Source: Octopus vulgaris (taxonomy: Eukaryota). From it: a stretch of DNA of 64,000 bases. A program made the position numbers and the translations under genes. The notes under the pieces are model-generated. The model did not search any database, had not been told where the DNA came from, and saw nothing but the letters and a program-made list of their open reading frames with translations. The DNA lies in contig OX597820.1 in assembly GCA_951406725.2 (NCBI GenBank), forward strand, positions 16,678,001 through 16,742,000, written 5' to 3'. How positions within the stretch are numbered: position 1 is the stretch's first letter; each line of letters starts with the position of its first letter. This document shows positions 38,314 to 52,748 of this stretch, piece by piece.

Positions 38314-41310
38314 TCAAATTGTGAATATATATTACATATAAACGTGAATGTGAGTATATATACACGTTTGTGTTTATGCATACATTTTCACTAATATTAC
38401 ACACGTGCATGCATCTGTAACAATGAACATTTTCTTACGGGTTAGTCAGAGTTTCAAACTAGAAAAGTTCCAGTTGAACCAGTTGAAATGAACCGAGTTT
38501 TACCAGATCGTTGTTCCTCCTCTGTATAACGGATAGAATTAATGTGTCTGGGTGGGTGTCTGTATATGTCTGCCTGCTTGTAAATGTGAGCGTAATACAT
38601 TAAATTAATGCGAGATAAATGTAGTTACTATATTTCATAGCGCGTCTGGAAGTTCTTCTTCCCAAATATTGGTTCTCATCAATCTGTGTCTCAGGCAACC
38701 CAGTCATTCTCTCCCCACGCCCAATCTCCGTCACTCACTCACTCACTCACTCACACGATTAATTTCTTAAACATACATAAACATACACTCATGTATAGGC
38801 GCAGGCGTGGCTGTGTAGTAAGAAGCTTACTCACAAACCACATGCTAGAAGACACTTGCCAAAGGTGCCACGCAGTGGCACTTTTGGCAAGTGTCTTCTA
38901 GCATAGCTTCGGGTCGACCAAAGTCTTGTGAGTGGATTTGGTTGACGGAAACTGAAAACAAGCTCGTCGTATGTATATATATATATATATATAGATCGTA
39001 GAAATGTTTTTGATAATGATGTTAATAATGATGATAATAGTGATGATAATAGTAATAATAATTTTTTTTTAAAGATAGGTTATACGTTTTTAATTTGATT
39101 TTTCAATTTTTAAATTGTATTTCATAAATATATTCTATAGATATTTATAATATTTATGTAAGTAATAATGGACTAATTTAGTTTTGGTTATATGTTTATA
39201 TATTTATTGATAGAGAAAATTTTAAATTTTTAATTACTATATTTGTTGATTATAATTTAGATACCTATTTTTATGTATTTATTATTTTATAATTATTAGA
39301 TGTGAACTTAAATCTAAAAATATTAATAGTGATTATTTTGTAAAATAATTTGGTAATTAAATATTGGAGTATAACTGAGTATAATTCGATAGTTTATTAT
39401 GTTTTTTAAGCCAAATTATATCTTCAAAGATAAATACATATTTCTATCTATTTTTTACCTTAAAAATTAAATATTTAACATAATAAATGTGTTGTAGGAA
39501 ATAATCCTAATGTTTTAAGTTTCAAATTTAGTTAATGGAGTTTTTTCTATAAGAAAAATTATTATTTTATTTATTTTTTAAATAAATATTGTTTAACTCT
39601 ATTTGCTTATTTATTTAACTATTATCATTAACCTGAAGATTGACTATAATTTTAAATAGAATTTATTTCAATTGAATTTAAACTTAATTGTAATTCGAAT
39701 TTAATTGTAGCCATGAAACGTACATAGTCTTTTACTTATTATATATTATATATTGATAATTCATTTTTATACTTTTTGAGATCTAGTTATATGTTTTATA
39801 AAAATATATATTATTTGTTATTTATGTTTTGGTTTATGTCTATCACTGTTTGAGTTGCATAATAATGGTTTTATCTCTAATTTATATTATATATATATAT
39901 ATATCGGACTACATATATGCATGTGTCTGTGTTTGTCCCCCACCACAGCTTGACAACTGGTATTGGTGTGTTTACGTACCCCGCAACTTAGCGGTTCAGC
40001 AAAGTAATCGATAAAATAAGTAGTGGGCTCGATATGCTAGACTAATACCCTTCAAGACGGTGCTCCAGCATAGCCACAGTCAATTGACTGAAACAAAGGT
40101 ATGTGCTGTATATTAGCTCACTGCCTCCATTAAAATCAATGTTACCTGAACAGGTGCACCGTATACTAATCATCAGGTGTCGAAGAGATCGCATAGCAAC
40201 GTGAGATGAAGTGCTTAACTTGAGAACATAAGGTACTGCCCGGTCAGGGAATCGAAATCACGATCTTGCGATCGTAAGTGCAAAACCCTAACCACTGAAA
40301 CGAATCCTGGGTTCGGTTTATTTGACTAAAACCTTTGAAGTCGATGCTCCAGCTTGGCCACAGTCCAATAACTGAAATAAGTAAAAGAAGTTAAAAGAAG
40401 ATAGAAACTTATTATCGTTGTAATATGATAAACATGTAAATAGCACCTTTGACCCTGGGAAACTTTCTAAAAACTGATTATTAGCTCCTGTTTCACCTGA
40501 TATCATGGTGTTCCTTTTCTTACCTACCTGCCGTTTCTATTCTATATCTTATCATCAATGAGTCTTTCAATATGTATGAGTGGGCGATTACGCATTCAAC
40601 CTTAAAGATATCTTCTTGATAGATTGGACTCGCTTCTCTTAAATAATTCCGATTTCTATATTCCCACGCCGTTATTTGTATATTTACTTAGCGATTCATC
40701 ACTTGTACAAGCAGCAAAGTGTTGTGAAGGTTATTCTTCTCTAGTAAGGTTAAAATAGAACCGAATCATTTTTAGATTTGTCTCCTGTTCTTGCTGGAAA
40801 AATCAAATAAGTAGTCATTCAAAAATATAGCTTTTTTACGCGTATCGTATTTATGTCTGGTTGGCGTTTAACCCTTTATGTCTAAATTTTCGGATCACTA
40901 ATCTACCATTGGTATGAGGAGAGCTCTAACGTTTCGGACAGAAACTTTTTGTCACTCTGCTCGTAACGTTAAATTTTTCCATCTCGGCAAACTATTTTAT
41001 TACACAATGCGAACTATGCCAGCAAGACTTGGAAGAGCACAGTAAGGACTGATAGAAAACTAATTGTATTCTATCAACGGGGCCTCGAAAAGATCCCGAG
41101 AAACAACTAGCGAAACTAGGCCACAAATGAAAAGATGCTGAAAAAAACGAGCTCATAATTACTTCAAAGGATTGTAGCAGATCACCGATTTTGCCTGGCT
41201 GGCCACATTCACCGTCTAAGCTATGTGGTTTGCAGTCGGGGTCAATATGACCCTTGGGGCCCATATAGCCCTTAGGGGTCCATATAAGGTTTTGTTAGCC
41301 TTCTTTTTAA

Positions 41311-41710
41311 GGCGCAGGAGTGGCTGTGTGGTAAATAGCTTGCTTACAAACCACATGGTTCCGGGTTCAGTCCCACTGCGTGGCACCTTGGGCAAGTGTC
41401 TTCTACTATAACCTCGGGCCGCCCAAAGCCTTGTGAGTGGATTTGGTAGACGGAAACTGAAAGAAGCCACTTATATATATATATGCATGTGTGTGTGTGT
41501 ATGTTTGTGTGTCTGTGTTTGTCCCCCCAACATCGCTTGACAACCGATGCTGGTGTGTTTACGTTCCCGTCACTTAGCGGTTCGGCAAGAGAGACCGATA
41601 GAATAAGTACTAGGCTTACAAAGAATAAGTCCTGGGGTCGATGTGCTCAACTAAAGGCAGTGCTCCAGCATGGCCGCAGTCAAATGACTGAAACAAATAA
41701 AAGAGTAAAA
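41311..41710 (+). mobile_element. SINE family A, full length
   Basis: GGCGCAGGAGTGGCTGTGTGG head to AAAAGAGTAAAA tail. Confidence 0.9.
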
Positions 41711-41829
41711 TACACAAAGTATTGCAACACATTTTTAATATTAGAATTCCTAATGATATTTAATTAAAAAAATATAACAGGAATTTATTTTTTAGCATGA
41801 TGGTCCAATTGATGGTCCAGGTATCAATG

Positions 41830-42040
41830 GGGACCGTAGGCAAAAAATGGTTGAGTGCGACAATAAGTGACACTCGAAAACAGACATGAGTTAGGTACCA
41901 ACTGACGGCAGGCGTAAAAGGGGTAGAACGAAGATGAGCTAAAGATAATCAATGTTACGCGGAACGGATGTAAAACAGTAGCAGATGACCGAACACTGTG
42001 CAGAAAGCTTGCTGTCCAATGCCTGGAGAAGGGCAAGAGG
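41830..42040 (+). pseudogene. RTE-like LINE 3' fragment
   Basis: Translates to VPTDGRRKRGR ... CKTVADDRTLCRKL, resembling the RTE C-terminal GKRKRGRP / A.DR..WR motifs. Confidence 0.45.
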
Positions 42041-42231
42041 GCCTGATAAAATTAACGATACTGACTCGCATTAATTTCATGAGATTCAATGGTTTCAATA
42101 TGTTATCAGCGATTGTCTTAATTAAAACAGGTGACTTTCTATGAATTATCTTATCATAAATCTTTAGTCAAATATATTCAATGAGAATATTATATACTGA
42201 ATTTATATTGAGTGCTCTATTGTATTAAACT

Positions 42232-42738
42232 GCGTGGCTTAGTGGTTAGGGTGTCAGCACCATGGTCGTAAGATTGTGGTTTCGATTCCTGGACCGGGCG
42301 ACGCGTTGTGTTCTTGAGCAAAACACTTCATTTCACGTTGCTCCAGTCCCCTCAGTTGGCAAAAATGAGTAATGCTGCGATGGACTGGCGTCCCGTCCAG
42401 CTGGGGAACACATATGCCATAGGAACCGGGAAACCGGGCCCATGAGCTTGACTAGGCTTTAAAAGGACGCATTTATTTTAGTGGAGGCGCGTGGCTTAGT
42501 GGTTAGGCTGTTGAACTCGTGATCGTAAGGTTGTGGTTTCGATTCCTGGACCGGGCGACACATTGTGTTCTTGAGCAAAACACTTCATTTCACGTTGCTC
42601 TGGTCCATTCGGCTGGTAAAAATGAGTTACGTTGTGACGGATTGGCGTCCCATCCAGCTGGGGAACACATATGCCATAGAAACCGGGAAACCGGGCCCAT
42701 GAACCTAGCTAGGCTTTAAAAGGGCGCATTTATTTTAT
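42232..42738 (+). mobile_element. Tandem pair of SINE family C
   Basis: Two ~250-bp units each with GCGTGGCTTAGTGGTTAG A box, GTTTCGATTCC B box and a GCGCATTTATTT-like end. Confidence 0.85.
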
Positions 42739-43059
42739 TGTATCAAAGTATTAATACTATTAAAGTATTTATATATTTAATATGAGCGATTACATATATA
42801 CTTTTTATAATATATTATTATTAATATCAGGAAATCAATATTAGAAAATTCTTCAGAAAGATATATACGCGTGTAAAATAATTGTTGCATTAAAAATATA
42901 AATATATATAAAAATATATGTAAATATGTATAAGTATAAATATATAATGTATATGGCGGCAGTTTAAAAGTTTTGAATTAAGTTTTTAAAGCATCTTACG
43001 ATCGTTTCGCATAAGTGCTGTCCCTTATAAAGGAATCCTATGTATCTTATGTTTTTGCC

Positions 43060-43279
43060 TTTTATTTGTTTCAGTAATTGGGCAGCGACCATGGGTGGAG
43101 GCACCACCTTGAGGGGTTTTAGTCTAATGAATTGGCCCCAAAACTGATTCTGTCAGTTTCCCTTAGTACTTATTCTGTCGGTCTCCCATTGCCGAACGGC
43201 TAAATAACAAACCAGCATTGGCTGTCAAGCTGTGGTGACGGTGGTGGGGAAAACACAAGCACAAACAGACAGATAGACA

Positions 43280-43347
<68 letters not shown>

Positions 43348-43526
43348 CACATGTACATATATACGACGGGCTTTTTTCAGTTTCCGTCTACCAAATCAAC
43401 TCGCAAGGCTTTGGTCGGCCCGAGGCTATAGTAGAAGACACTTGCCCAAGGTGCCACGCAGTGGGACTGAACCCGGAACCATGCGGTTCGTAAGCAAGCT
43501 ACTTACCACACAGCCACTCCTACGCC
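43060..43526 (-). mobile_element. SINE family A
   Basis: Young 5' half (43364-43526) joined to a diverged 3' half across (CA)n. Confidence 0.8.
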
Positions 43527-43875
43527 TGTTTCAGAAAATTTAATAAATTTTATCTCTTCTAAGACATAAGACAATGGAGTGGCAGGTATAAAAATAAACA
43601 AAAAAACAAAACAAAATTAAAACGAACGAATTTATCTGACAGCTTTTCACGTTATTCCTCCCCAATACGTCGAATGAGAGTTTTTATAGATTATTTCTCG
43701 TACTAAACACTAACTAATCTAGCTGGGAGTAACTAAACAAAAATATTGAACCAACGGAAAGTCTTCCATTCTAAACTAATATGGCTTCGTCAAAGACGGC
43801 CAAAGAATATTTCAACTTTTTTTGTCTGTGAATATTTATACGCATATTCATACAAACACATGCACATTCATACAC

Positions 43876-43958
<83 letters not shown>

Positions 43959-43964
43959 CTCTCA

Positions 43965-43997
<33 letters not shown>

Positions 43998-44035
43998 CAC
44001 ATGTATATATGTATATATCTATATCTATATCTAAA

Positions 44036-44131
<96 letters not shown>

Positions 44132-44413
44132 TAAAAGAAATAAAGCATATGCATATATATAAACATATATGTACGTACCTACCTCTACATGTACATATAC
44201 ACGCATATATGAGTACAGGACACCAAAGGGACGTCGAACACATAGAGAAACGAAAACATAGACACAAACCAAAGGAACAGGACATTTTTTTAAAAACAAC
44301 AAAAAATGGAGTACAGGACAGTTAACACAACGAAAAAACCCCTTCTTCAGTCGCTAAGGTTTCATCTACTCTACGTTTCGAAGGATAAAAGCGAGACGTA
44401 TCTTCGACAAGAA

Positions 44414-44452
<39 letters not shown>

Positions 44453-44507
44453 ATATATATATATATACAAATATCTATATATATATATATACATATATCT
44501 ATATCTA

Positions 44508-44593
<86 letters not shown>

Positions 44594-44699
44594 CATACAG
44601 GTAATTTAGACGAGAATTTATTCTGGTCTAAATTACGAAAAATTGAAAATATCACTGACATCTCAGATGTCATAACAGATATATTTACCAAAATTACAT

Positions 44700-45230
44700 A
44701 AAAATATCTTGAAATACTAAAGAGTAAATTTATTCAATAAAATAGCCATTGGCTTCAACCACAACCTCCATACGATTTCAGAATCTCATGCAACTCTATA
44801 TTCAACTCTATATTAAGTTGGTGAATGCTGCCATAATCCTTGCCTTCAGTTCATCTTTGATGTTACAAGGAGTTTTGTTGGTCTCTCAATCAACTGTGCA
44901 CCACAGATAAAAATCAAGGGGGTTGCAATCTGGGGAATTAAGTGTCCAGATGTTAGGGGTGATGTGGTCGCAGAAATTATCTGACAGCCATGACTGGGTT
45001 CTCTTGCTTGTGTGGCATGGCGCAGAGTCCTGTTGCCAGACATAGGGTCTTCCAGCAGCCACTCTCTTGACCCAAGGCAGCACTACTTCCTTCAGACACT
45101 TCTGTAGGTCTCTGTGTTGAATGTGAGGCCGCGCTGGAAGATGAATGGAGGTCTAGTGTCGCCATCACTAATGATCACTTGAAACACCATGATGTTGACT
45201 GGATGTTTGATTTTTATCACTCTCGGTACA
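44700..45230 (-). pseudogene. Tc1/mariner-superfamily (maT/DD37D-like) transposase fragment
   Basis: RPYVWQQDSAPCHTS...QSWL...W..NSPDCNPLDFYLW. Confidence 0.8.
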
Positions 45231-45605
45231 TGTCCTCAGATTGCACTGTCATTGCACAGTGATCGCTATAAGCTTTAATCTTATAAAATACTATTATTAT
45301 TATTATTTACAGAAATGTAAAAATCGACACTGCTTAACAAAACCATCGCAGTGAAAGCACATGAAAGTTTGTTTACAAAAACAACTACGAACTAATTATA
45401 GTTCTTAAAATTGACTAGGACCAGCAGGTTTGTGCGTCAGTGTAATCGGTAGCATTGTTGGTCGCGTAAACAAGGAAGTTTGGGTTCGTGTAGCACGCGT
45501 ACGGGAAAAAGCTACTTTTTTTCTGTCGAGGGCTTATAAGCTCCATTATTAGACTATTTTCTTTAGTCATTGCGCGGTGATCGCTTTAAACTTAAATATA
45601 TATAT

Positions 45606-45645
<40 letters not shown>

Positions 45646-45699
45646 GCAATCTTGTGCGCACGTGCATACAGTTACTGAACAGAAAAATCAAAGTGAAAA

Positions 45700-46084
45700 T
45701 AAACCTTTTCATATTGTTTCGTATTTTTCTTTGGTTAACTTTGCATTTTACTTATTAAAGTATATACAAACACATAATAGATAGGTAGACAGATAAATAA
45801 GTCGATATAGATAAATATAGAAAGGTATGTTGTAAACAAATGGTTAGTAGATATGGATAGCTAGAAGAATGGCTGACAAATAGATTAAACAATATACAGA
45901 ATCTATCTTTGAATCTCTCAATCTATTTGTCAGCCAGTCTAGATAACCATTTGTTTAGCAACATACCTTTCTATATTTATCTATCGACTTATTTATCTGT
46001 CTACCTATCTATTATGTGTTTGTATATACTTTAATAAGTAAAATGCAAAGTTAACCAAAGAAAATACGACAAATGAAAGGTTTA
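45700..46084. repeat. Imperfect long hairpin 1
   Basis: e.g. TTGGTTAACTTTGCATTTTACTTATTAAAG pairs with CTTTAATAAGTAAAATGCAAAGTTAACCAA; arms differ mainly by indels. Confidence 0.85.
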
Positions 46085-46087
46085 TGG

Positions 46088-46230
46088 GACGGTGAGAGTA
46101 GCATTAAAAAAATGGCGAAAGAGCTAACGCATATTGATTATTCAAAGACAGAGACAGTGGCTAATAAACATGTAGTTATGTTCATATTAGAAGCTAATAG
46201 TTAAAATACGTTATATATATATATAGATAG

Positions 46231-46272
<42 letters not shown>

Positions 46273-46451
46273 ATCTATCTATATATATATATAACGATTT
46301 TACAGCTAGTTAAGCTTCTAATATGAACATAACTACATGTTTATTAGCCACTGTCTCTGTCTTTGTAGTGGTTTCAACTTGAATCAATATGCGTTAAACG
46401 CTACTCTTTGTCGCCATTTTGTCTTTTTTTTATGGTATGCTACTCTCCGTC
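46088..46451. repeat. Imperfect long hairpin 2 centred on (TA)n
   Basis: AAAGACAGAGACAGTGGCTAATAAACATGTAGTTATGTTCATATTAGAAGCT and its reverse complement at ~46312-46364. Confidence 0.85.
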
Positions 46452-46842
46452 TGCCACCGTCACCACGCCATCTTTTTTCGCCATATTAATGGTAGAAATG
46501 CTACAATCCGGAACATTGTTGAAATACTTTTGTTACTAGAAAAAGCAGGAGTGGAGGTAGGCTACTTTTCGGTAAATAATTGATCAGAGAATCGGATCAA
46601 CTTTAAAATATCGGAAGATTTCTTCGTATATTCAAGATGTTTCTTCAGCTGCGAAAAACCTCAACCAATAAACAATAAAACAAGCCGCCATTCATCCGCT
46701 TAGTCGTTATAAAAACCCGTCTTACACACATACATGCATTCAACCTTTCCTCCTCAATACACACACATATTCGTGTGAGTGTGTTTTTGCGCACGCACGT
46801 TTGTATGTGTAAAACGCATATGAAACAAGCGCTCATCAGTCC

Positions 46843-47173
<331 letters not shown>

Positions 47174-47372
47174 CGCTTGCTCATGCAAACATACGTATAT
47201 ACACATATGATATCAACTATGAGACGCTCGACTACTAAGTATTATACCGATCGATTATCTAATGGTTTTGAGTGCTAATATTATCTAACGGTATTTATCA
47301 TATCCCACTTGTATATAAACTTGTTAATGACAAACAATGGCAGTATATCGAATCTTAAAAAGTGAAATTGGT

Positions 47373-48339
47373 TGTTTGTTGGAAACAGTAAAGCTTCCAA
47401 ATCCATCACCAATGTTTCTAGACTTTCGTAGTCATATCTTCTGAATGAAGTGATGTTGGTGTATGTTTCTCTTTTATAATAAACCTGGCCAATGTGATTA
47501 TTATAAACACCATTACTGGCGTTGGAGCTTTGCCCGATAGATGTGTACTGGATCAGTTATGTGTTCTTTTTCTTTTAGTGACTAGTGTATGTTGTTGTCT
47601 GTGTATCCATTTTAACTTTATACTTTGCTAACAATATTGCTTCCATCGTTGATCCTCTAGTTTTGTTTGGAATTCTGTATTGTCCACTAACGTTTTCATA
47701 TCCATCCATCCATCCATCCATCCATCCATCCATCCATCCATCCATCCTTCCTTCCATCCATCCTTCCATCCATCCATCCATCCATCCATCCATCCATCCA
47801 TCCATCCATCCATCCATCCATCCATCCATCCATCCATCCATCCATCCATCCATCCATCCATCCATCCATCCATCCATCCATCCATCTCCGCCTACAATTT
47901 CTTGGGTGGTCCTTAGGCGCCTCCTCCAAAGGTTCCTATACACTTTCCAATCCCTAGTCACTAGCAGTTGTTTTCTTTTGGACCCTTGTGGATGGATGGA
48001 TAGAAAAAACGTTTGTAGGCAATACATCTGTACCCTACAGAATTCCAAGCAAAACTAAAGGATCAACAATGAAAACAATATTGTTAGCAAACGATAGGCT
48101 TAAAATAAGTAGACAGACAACAACATACAATAATCACAAAAAAATGAATACATAACACATGTTGTACGCATCTAACGGGAAAAATTCCAATGCAAGTAAT
48201 GATGTATATAATATTCATAATAACTGTGCTTATTATAAAAGAGAAACATACGCCAACATCAATTCATCCTGAAGATATGACTACGAAAGTCTAGAAACAT
48301 TGGTGGTGGATTTGGAAGTTTACCTGCTTCAAACAAGCA
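47373..48339. repeat. Old ~305-bp inverted repeat (47373-47679 / 48036-48339) around (CCAT)n
   Basis: Arms are diverged reverse complements; hammerhead-like scaffold at 48261-48312. Confidence 0.85.
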
Positions 48340-48569
48340 TCATCCTGCGTGCTCCCACCCTTATACTTCCCAGAACAAGTCGGATGATATGGAAGTGGGT
48401 GAAGACCGATATATATTTCAAATGGACACTTCAACCGAAGATTCGAGCGAGTCCCTTGGTAACCCTCGCGACAGGTTTCTGTCTGGTTTTACTTAATGAC
48501 GAGTGGCGTAGCGCCAACAGGAAATTGTTATACTTTTAGGGTGGTGACTATAACAGTAGGAATTCTTTC

Positions 48570-48953
48570 ATTTTTTACGTGTTTCAGTCATTTGAATGCG
48601 ACCATACTGGAGCACCGCCTTGCAGGGCTTTAGCCGAACAAATCGACCCCATAACTTGTTTTTAAAGCTTTCTACTTATTCTATCGGTCCCTTTTCGCCG
48701 AACCGCTACGTTACAGGGACGTAAACATACCAACATCAGTTGTCAAGCGCTGATGGGGAACAAACACAGACAAAAATACACATACACACACGCGCGCGAC
48801 GGGCTAATTTCATTTTCCGTCTACCAAAACCACTCACAAGGATTTGGTCGCCCCGAGGCTATTGTAGAAGGCAATAGCCAAAGGTGTTACGCAGTGGGAC
48901 TGAACCCGGAACCATGTGGTTGGGAGGCAAGCTTCTTGCCACACAGCCACGCC
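48570..48953 (-). mobile_element. SINE family A, diverged full length
   Basis: Reverse-complement similarity. Confidence 0.8.
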
Positions 48954-49095
48954 TCATGAAGTTTTACAAGTTTCGCATATGTAATCGAATGCATAGGTAA
49001 CATTAGCCTCTAGTAACTTATTTCTAATGGCTAGAACAAATATTGCAAGGAATTTTGTCTGGTGTTCTTTCGATTCTGCATAATCGTGTGCATAA

Positions 49096-49116
49096 TCTAT
49101 ATCTATAAAAGGCAGG

Positions 49117-49163
<47 letters not shown>

Positions 49164-49627
49164 TGAATGTACTTTATGCACGTCTACAAATTAGTACGCA
49201 TGTCGCTCCAATTTTAGGAGGACATTGGTCACAATCATGGCTGTGCTTTTATCAACTTATTTTCCTCGAGGCACCCCCGGATAGTGGTAAAAATAGCTTT
49301 TCAGCCATAACTTTTACCAATTTTCATGTCGATAAAATCTGTAAGTTTGCTAACATGAATTAAGTCCCCTGTCCCCCTCCGAAAAAAATTAGATTGCGAC
49401 TGCCTAAGCAATCTCAGCGTAGGAAAAGAGTAAGAGCTGAAGTGACTGACTATCAGCAGACCCATTGGTAAAATATAATAACTTTTTGGGCCGAAACCTG
49501 GCAATAAGAGCTTGAGGATATTCCGCTATGAAACATTTAATAATATCGAAGCAGTAACTTTCATAAATCAGGGTATAATTTTTGAAGACTCTTTCTGAAC
49601 CTAGTCAACGACGAGTATTTCTGCTAG
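49096..49627 (+). mobile_element. Helitron-like non-autonomous element
   Basis: 5' TCTATATCTATAAAAGGCAG + (TG)n; 3' ...TTTCTGCTAG|T. Confidence 0.55.
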
Positions 49628-49789
49628 TATTTTCTATTATAGGCACAAATCGATCCTGAAAGGATGAGAAGCAAGTTCGACCTCTGCAGAATTTAAACTT
49701 AGAACGTAAAGATGGGTGTGTGTTAAGTATTTAGTGTGGCGTGCTAATGTACTTCTGCCAATTATTCACCGTAATAATAATTATAATAG

Positions 49790-50203
49790 TCCTTTCTACT
49801 GGAAGCACAAGGCCTCAAATTTGTGGGGAGCGGACTAGTCGATTACAGCGATCCCAGTGTTTCACCGTGGTGCTTTTACCAATTTCATCGACTCCCGAAA
49901 GGATGAAAGACAAAGTCGACTTCGGCGGAATTTGAACTCAGAACGTAGCGGCAGACGAAATACCAATACCTATTTCTTTACTACCCACAAGGGGCTAAAC
50001 ACAGAGAGGACAAACAAGGACAAATAAACGGATTGAGTCAATTATATCGACTCCAGTGTGTAACTGGTACTTATTTAATCGACCCCGAAAGGATGAAAGG
50101 CAAATTCGACCTCGGCGGAATTTGAACTCAGAACGTAGCGGCAGACGAAATACCGCTAAGCATTTCACTCGGCGTGCTAACGTTTCTGCCAGTTCGCCGC
50201 CTT
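49790..50203 (-). mobile_element. Two adjacent SINE family B copies
   Basis: Core motif twice (49890, 50080). Confidence 0.85.
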
Positions 50204-50323
50204 TATCGTCTCCATAAAAAACTTTCAAACACACTAATATTTGCATAAGTATGTATGTATGTATGTATGTATGTATGTATGTATGTATGTATGTATGTAT
50301 GTATGTATGTATGTATGTATGTA

Positions 50324-50354
<31 letters not shown>

Positions 50355-50767
50355 ATGTATGTATGTATGTATGTATGTGTGTATATGTAAGTATTTGTGT
50401 GTATTTGTGTATGTGTGTATGTGTGTACCGCTGTTCGGTTGGTTACAATGTTTGTAACGAACACAAGAATAGGTAAACGTAGAAGAAGCGTTGCTATTGA
50501 TTTCATCTTTGTTTTTAAACAAACCAAATAACTGTAATGTTTGTAATGGATGTAAAACTTATATTATATAAAGTAAGTAAGACAACACTTAAAACATTTC
50601 TTGGTGAAATCTATACGTTGACATCGGATATACATTTTTAACAAAATGTGATGAAGAGTTACAAGGTCCGCGTTTACAATGAGTTTGAATCAATACGTTG
50701 ATTGAATTTGTTTGTCAATTAAAGCGAGAAACACGAAGCAGACGTAGATGTTATATATATACATACA

Positions 50768-50841
<74 letters not shown>

Positions 50842-50882
50842 TATATACATATATATATACATACACATATATATACATACAT

Positions 50883-50972
<90 letters not shown>

Positions 50973-51098
50973 TTATTTTTCGAACGGTGTGTGTGGTGGG
51001 AGTCCTGGTTATAAGAAATGTTTTCAAAGTAAATCTACGTCAGAAAGAAAGGATAAAAAGTGAGGTTGGGAGAGGGAGGGAGACAGAAATAAATAAAT

Positions 51099-51133
<35 letters not shown>

Positions 51134-51519
51134 CAAAAACGAAATAAAGAATGAAATTTAGACGCTACATAAGTCATAAAGAAAGGAGAGTGGCACCGGA
51201 ATATCTAGTGAGACAAGAGTACATAAAATGTAAGATAAAATCTGAAAACGGATTGTGTGGTCAGAGAGAAAAGTAGGATGAAGTGGGAGTATGTAAATTG
51301 GATATATGTAAATAAAGAGTCTATAAAACATAATGTTACTTCATACGTATATGTATATGGATATATAAATATTTTCTTATATACATAGGTTGCAATTTAA
51401 TGAAGTCGTTGGTTATGGTCGGCCAGAAAGTTGTCATTGCTTTCACGTCTCCTATTGCACTTAGCAATATAGGGGAAACATCAGACCTGCCATCCTGTGG
51501 CACATAACCTCTTTATTAA

Positions 51520-51607
51520 CGGAAGTATAGATAGGCAGATAGGAAGTATAGATAGACAAATAGAGAGACAGATAGATAGATAAATAGACTGATAGATAGA
51601 CAAATAG

Positions 51608-51650
<43 letters not shown>

Positions 51651-51946
51651 CAAATAGAGAGACAGATAGATAGATAAATAGACTGATAGATAGACAAATA
51701 GATAGATAGATAGATAGATAGGTAGACAGATAGATAGACAGATAGATAGACAAATAGAGAGACAGATAGATAGACAGATTAGATAGATAGACAGTAAGAT
51801 AGATAGATAAAGAGATAGACAGACAGACAGACAGATAGATAGATAAATAGATAGATAGATAGATAGATAGACAAATAGAGAGACAGTTAGATTGGTATAT
51901 ATATAGATAGATAGACAGATAGACAGACAGGTAGATAGATAGATAA

Positions 51947-51979
<33 letters not shown>

Positions 51980-51997
51980 CAGACAGAGATAGATAAA

Positions 51998-52029
<32 letters not shown>

Positions 52030-52038
52030 GATAGATAA

Positions 52039-52107
<69 letters not shown>

Positions 52108-52124
52108 CAGACAGAGATAGATAA

Positions 52125-52161
<37 letters not shown>

Positions 52162-52207
52162 CAGACAGAGATAGATAAATAGATAGATAGATAGATAGAT
52201 AGATAGA
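51520..52207. repeat. (GATA)n/(GACA)n microsatellite
   Basis: Direct inspection. Confidence 0.95.
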
Positions 52208-52495
52208 GGTCTTTCACTTAAACACAAAGGTGAAAGCGGGAAAATGAATAAAAACCCAAAGAACCCCGTACCAATAACGAAAATAATCTAAAATCGAAAA
52301 GTCAGGCATATCTGTATCACCGTGATTTCGAACTTTGAGAAATACCCTTAGATCCCCTTTAGCGTGTTTTGACTGGCTGTCAATAAGACTCGCTGAAGAG
52401 GAACTAAGCTTAGGCCTCCAACCAGGCCTTTCGCAACACTCTTAAAGCCAAGAACTTTTCAGCACTCTCTTGTGTATGTGTGTGTGTGTGTGTAT

Positions 52496-52532
<37 letters not shown>

Positions 52533-52540
<8 letters not shown>

Positions 52541-52748
52541 TACTGAGAAATTCCTGGCTTTAAGGGTGTTGCGAAAAACCTGGTTGGGGGTCCAAACTTC
52601 CGCCTTCTTTTAAAGGGTTTAGAAAAACGAAAGGACCGATGCAATAAGTGTTTGAATCAGAGAGAATATGTTGAACAAAATCATAATTAACTGACTCTCA
52701 TGTATTTTGTTTTTCCCAACGCCAGAATCTTTTCAGCAACCCACCTCG
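52533..52748 (+). mobile_element. Mariner MITE (same family as 7212-7410)
   Basis: CGAGGGGGTACTGAGAAATTCCTGGC ... TTTTCAGCAACCCACCTCG. Confidence 0.7.

Noticed and set aside
38995-39890. Mitochondrial insertion (NUMT) suggested by extreme AT content
   Set aside because: No recognisable mitochondrial rRNA, tRNA or protein motifs
48374-48474. Possible exon (NKSDDMEVGEDRYIFQMDTSTEDSSESLGNPRD)
   Set aside because: Plausible acceptor but weak donor, no recognisable homology, and adjacent to a repeat arm
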